From: the human T2T-CHM13v2.0 reference genome, Homo sapiens
Assembly: GCF_009914755.1 (NCBI RefSeq)
Contig: NC_060927.1
Reading direction: 5' to 3' (one strand)
Length of the DNA stretch: 64,000 nt
The notes beneath the pieces are model-generated. The model ran no database searches and had not been told where the DNA came from. It was given only the letters and a program-made list of their open reading frames with translations. This document shows, in pieces, positions 59,760 to 64,000 of this stretch; the stretch's first letter is position 1; the number at the start of each line of letters is the position of its first letter. The position numbers and the translations under genes are program-made.

Positions 59760-61075
59760 TGTTTATACCCACTTAGTAGCCCTCTCCTCTTTTCTTTTAA
59801 TGTTATTGCCCTAAGTGATCTCTTCTAGTATCATGGCTGTGAAAATACTTACATGCTACAAACTTCAAATTCATATTTCTGATTCTGATACCACTCTGAT
59901 CATCCAAAGTATGTACAGCTAACTTGACCTCTTCACTTGGATGTCTAACAGGCATCTCAAACTTAATTTGCCCAAAACAGAACTCCATCCACCTCCCCTA
60001 ACCAAAGTTGTTCTACCCTAAGTGTTCTTTACTTAAATACACCGCCCTCCACTTGGTTGCTCAATTCAAAAATTTAAGAGTCATGTTTAATCCTCTTTTT
60101 CCTTCACTCCTCACATCCAATCTATTAGCATGCCTCATTGGCCATAACTCTGAAAGGTGTACCCAGTCAACCCACTTCCATCATCACCACTGCTCTCATC
60201 CCCTCTCACTTGGAGTTATCCTAATCAGCTTCCTTGCTTCCCCTCCTGCTCACCTCCCACCCACTTCCTAACACTTAGAATGGTCTTTGAAAGCATGCAT
60301 CATCAGGTCATGTCACTACCCACTTCAAGCCCTCCAAAGGCTTCTTGGTGTGCTTAGAATCAATCCAAATGCTGAATCATGGCCTATAAGGCCCCATTGA
60401 TTCAGCTCCTGACTACCTGGTTGACATCACTGCCTATCACTCTACCTCTCACTGTCTCCACTTCAAACAAATAGATCTCTTTTCTGCACCTTGAACATGC
60501 CAACCTAATTCCAGACCATGGTCTTTGCTCTTGCTATTCTCTTAGCTCCAATGACCTTTCTCCAGATCTCCTTATGTACATTCCCTCCACTCAGATATAC
60601 CTTTGCACATGTAACTCCCTCAGGAAGGCCTCTCTGGCCATACAATTTTAAGTTCTCCTCCATCTCCTACTCATTCTGTAGCACATCACTCTGTTTTGTT
60701 TACTTTATAGCACTTAGTATATTTATTCACTTGTTTATTGTCTCTGTCTCCAGCACCATATCTTCTCCCCAAAATGCTGGCTCATTTAGGTCATGGATGT
60801 CTCTCCATTATTGAGAAAAGAGGTTCACAAACTCTTTCTATAAAGGGCTTTGCAGATCATATAGCCTCTGTTGCAACTACTCACCTCTGCCATTGTAGCA
60901 TGAAAGCAGCCAAATGATATGTAAGCACATGAGCATGGCTGTGTTCCAATAAAACTTGGATGAGCTAGATTTGGCCTATGGGCCATCATTTTCCAACCTC
61001 TTATCTACAAAAGTATTTGTCATGTAAAAGATTCTCGGTAAGTATGTATCAAATGCATAAATGAATGAAAGATCT
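59760..61075 (+). mobile_element. L2 3' fragment, with a MER58A-like MITE at about 60819-61002
   Basis: cttcacttggatgtctaacaggcatctcaaacttaa; MER58 phrase tgagcatggctgtgttccaataaaac; ends aaatgaatgaa. Confidence 0.8.
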
Positions 61076-62562
61076 AAAAATCTCTGGGAGAAAACACCAA
61101 ATACTCAGTAGGATGGTTCTTGTGTACATCTGGCAATAGCTTATTATTAACAGAGCCTCATTGTCTCTTATGTACTTACCACTATAACTTAATATTTCTA
61201 TTCCTCTGAGACTTACCAAAAAACTGAGAATATGTTTTGTAATAAGATCAGATTGTTCAGTTGGACCCAAAGGTCTTGGGAGATATTTATGAACCCTACT
61301 GAAGGACTCTTTCTCTGTTTAGACCAGACAAGGCCTGAATATAGAAAGAATAGTGTGTCCCATCAGTCAGCTGATGATAATAATGACCCATGGCTTCTAA
61401 AAGATTTTTAGGGAATTACCCACTACCAATGTTTTCATCTGATTCTGCTACCCCCTTGAACTGTATTCTTAACCCTTTTCCACATGAATTTTCCCCCATA
61501 TAAATTTTATAAAGGATAAAAATTATTATTAAACACTATAATTTATCATGGGACTGCACCTGCCCAAGACAGGATTACTCAACAACTGAAAAAGATACAA
61601 ACACAACTGGAGACTTGAATTTAAGGTAAAGCATTTTCTAGTTTGAAAATGGGATTTCCAAAGTCCTGGATAGGGAGAGGCTAAGATTTGCCCCTGGGAG
61701 GGTACTACCCATCTTCGCCCTTTTAAGAACAACAAAGTGTACAGGCTCTTAAGATCACCCTCACTCATAGTCCAGGATAACAAAGAGATGAGTTACTGCT
61801 TCCCAAAGAATGATTTCAGTCTCTACAACTCCACTGAAAGAAGAATTCAGAATTCATTATCTGTAGAAACAATGCTGTACTTGGTGCCTAGATTTTATTA
61901 AAATAGTGTTGAGATGCTGAACTTTAGGCACATCAAAGGTTAAGAAGACATTTCTGGGCATTTCACCATCACTCCCAAGAAAACTCATTTCAAGTAGAAG
62001 GAGACTTTGAGTAACAAGCAAATGACCTCCAAATAAAAACCCTTAGGGCACAATGTGTTCAGAGAGGGGAGGAGGACACATTCAGATCCTCTAAGTGAGA
62101 AAGAAAGCAAAATAGGAATAAAGTGAGAAAAATCATTCCCTAATCATTTGGTGGCTGGTTTTGTTTTTTTGTTTTTGTTTTTGATTTTGTTTTTGTTTTT
62201 TTCTGTCCCCTCTGAGCCATGGAAGATACTGGAGTTAACAAAAATTTTATAAACTAAAGAAAGCAACTTTATAATCTAAAAGAAAGCAACTTTCCCTCCT
62301 GTCTTTTGAATTCTTATTCCTGAAAGAATGGATAATGAATCAGGAGATGAGCAAAAACGTATCTTTTACAAAGCTCTAGTCTTCCAAAAGTCTCTAAACT
62401 CAAACGAAACCTTTTTAAAGTAGTTTTGTAAAAGCTCAAGGTATGCCATTTCCAGAAAGTTGCAGATGAGCACCATTGGCATTACCCAAATTCTGTCACA
62501 CATTGAGCAATGAAATTCAGGAATTGGACAATGACCTCTTGGCATATGAAAGAATTAAAAGA

Positions 62563-62595
62563 GGGCTAGGGCTTAGGGCAGGGATCTAATCGGGG
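62563..62595 (+). other. Canonical G-quadruplex motif GGG-CTA-GGG-CTTA-GGG-CA-GGG plus a spare GGGG
   Basis: Four G3 tracts with 3/4/2-nt loops, read directly. Folding is only predicted. Confidence 0.7.
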
Positions 62596-63149
62596 AGGAT
62601 GTGCTGTCCAAGCCTCCCTCCCTCCTCCTTTCCTCGCCTTCAGGTAGATGGAAAGAAAGGTTCAGTCATCTGAGAGAATATCCGATTGTCCTTGAAATTT
62701 TTTTCCCTATTGACAAAGCAAGGCATGAATGAATATTCAGTCTGATTAGATCTTCCACTTGACAATGACTGTCATTACCTGGCTAACAAAATAATATACA
62801 TCTGTGTATGTGAAACCACAATGGCTGATGTTTCAAATTCTTAATACATTATAATCTGGTTGGATTGAGTGGCTAACAATGCCACAATCCCATGAGGTAA
62901 ACAAAACATTCATCTCTGGATTTCCTCACCTCAGATCTAAGCATCTCCTGTCCATGCAGTACTGAAGATTTTGCACCATCACTTCTGTTTTTCTCATAAA
63001 TTCTTTATGAGGCTATTAGTCTCTAGGGTGCTCTTCTGAAACCAGAAGGAAATTTGGCTCACACACACACACACAAAAAGTTGCCATATAAAGGCAACTG
63101 CAAAATATAGTGGGAAGTTGGTGGAGGATGGAGTTTCACTGAGAATGGG

Positions 63150-63345
63150 ACAGCAACATGATGGAAAGAACATGAACTTGAATTTCAGTTCTACCACTTA
63201 CTAGAAAGATGCCTTTGAACAAGTCTCAATTTCTGAATCTTCATTTGTTGCTCTGTAAAATGGGGTCATATTATCTCACAAAGTTGTCACAATAATTAAA
63301 ATGAGATCTTGTTTTCTAAGTCACCTGACATATATTAAGTGTGAA
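63150..63345 (+). mobile_element. MIR SINE
   Basis: ttctaccacttactag...tctgtaaaatggggtcata...caaagttgtcacaataattaaaatgagat. Confidence 0.7.
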
Positions 63346-64000
63346 ATCATTTTTCTTTCTCATTTTCTTTTTTATAACGCTCTCATAAATAGTAGGTGTA
63401 AGAGTTCTTCCCAGGATGTCTCATCAGAATTCAGAGAGTTACCTTTGCTGTTCCTTCCAGCAAGATCTGCAGTGTATTATTGCAGAGTCAGCTCGTGAAG
63501 TATGCATGAACTCTCTCTAAACTGGTGTTTTTAGCCAAGAAACAAACCACTTCATTGTAGGTGCCTGTGAATCAAAAGGGAAGGTTTCCATAGTACTTTT
63601 GCCTGTGCCAAATCCATACATCTGCATTTTTCAAGGGAAATTGCTGAAAAGATATTAAGAGAAAAACTTCCCTATACAGATATGTCTGAAATCCCCAAAT
63701 GCCACCCTAACAAAATCAATATTTTTATGAAATTGACAAAAGTTTAAAAAGAGAATTTTCTTTCTCCTGCAGCTTTCCTTGATTCATGAATTGCAGCATC
63801 AAAGAACTTAAACCAGAAAATACACCAAACTGTTGTTGTCACATTGATTCATGGTTGGTTAGATAAAACAAATAATCTTAGCTTTTAGTATCAACATGTC
63901 GAAATTTCAATAGCAGTGAAATATTGTCCATTGTTCATTCATTTATTGATTCATATAATACGTATTGAATGCCTAACTTGGGCCAGGCAGTGTTCCAGGT

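Noticed and set aside
62247-62293. Short tandem duplication of ctaaa(a)gaaagcaacttt
   Set aside because: Ordinary ~23-bp slippage duplication with no further structure.

Overview
Primate (most likely human) genomic DNA, AT-rich and mostly made of interspersed repeats. I see no host protein-coding exon, RNA gene or CRISPR array; every long ORF in the track is LINE-1 or Alu-derived. Main contents: (1) a nested stack at 2.7-12.4 kb, an old L1PA15/16-like element interrupted by a THE1 LTR and by a 5'-intact L1MA; (2) a twin-primed, 5'-inverted L1PA8-like insertion at 15.3-18.1 kb; (3) a 5'-truncated L1PA3/4 at 21.8-23.0 kb; (4) a near-full-length L1PA2-like element at 31.4-37.7 kb that lacks its YY1 site and carries a young AluYa5; (5) many Alu, MaLR/ERVL LTR, MIR, L2 and hAT fossils. 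The most notable structures not explained by ordinary repeat annotation are a tiny twin-primed L1 carrying a ~180-bp 3' transduction between perfect 16-bp TSDs (51027-51396), a two-template microhomology-bounded insertion (57036-57263, copied from 57484-57688 and 61568-61597), and a repeat-poor motif-rich candidate regulatory block with a G-quadruplex (~61.8-63.0 kb). I found no convincing new biological system. Repeat subfamily names come from recalled consensus sequences and need RepeatMasker/Dfam confirmation; the genomic locus was not identified.
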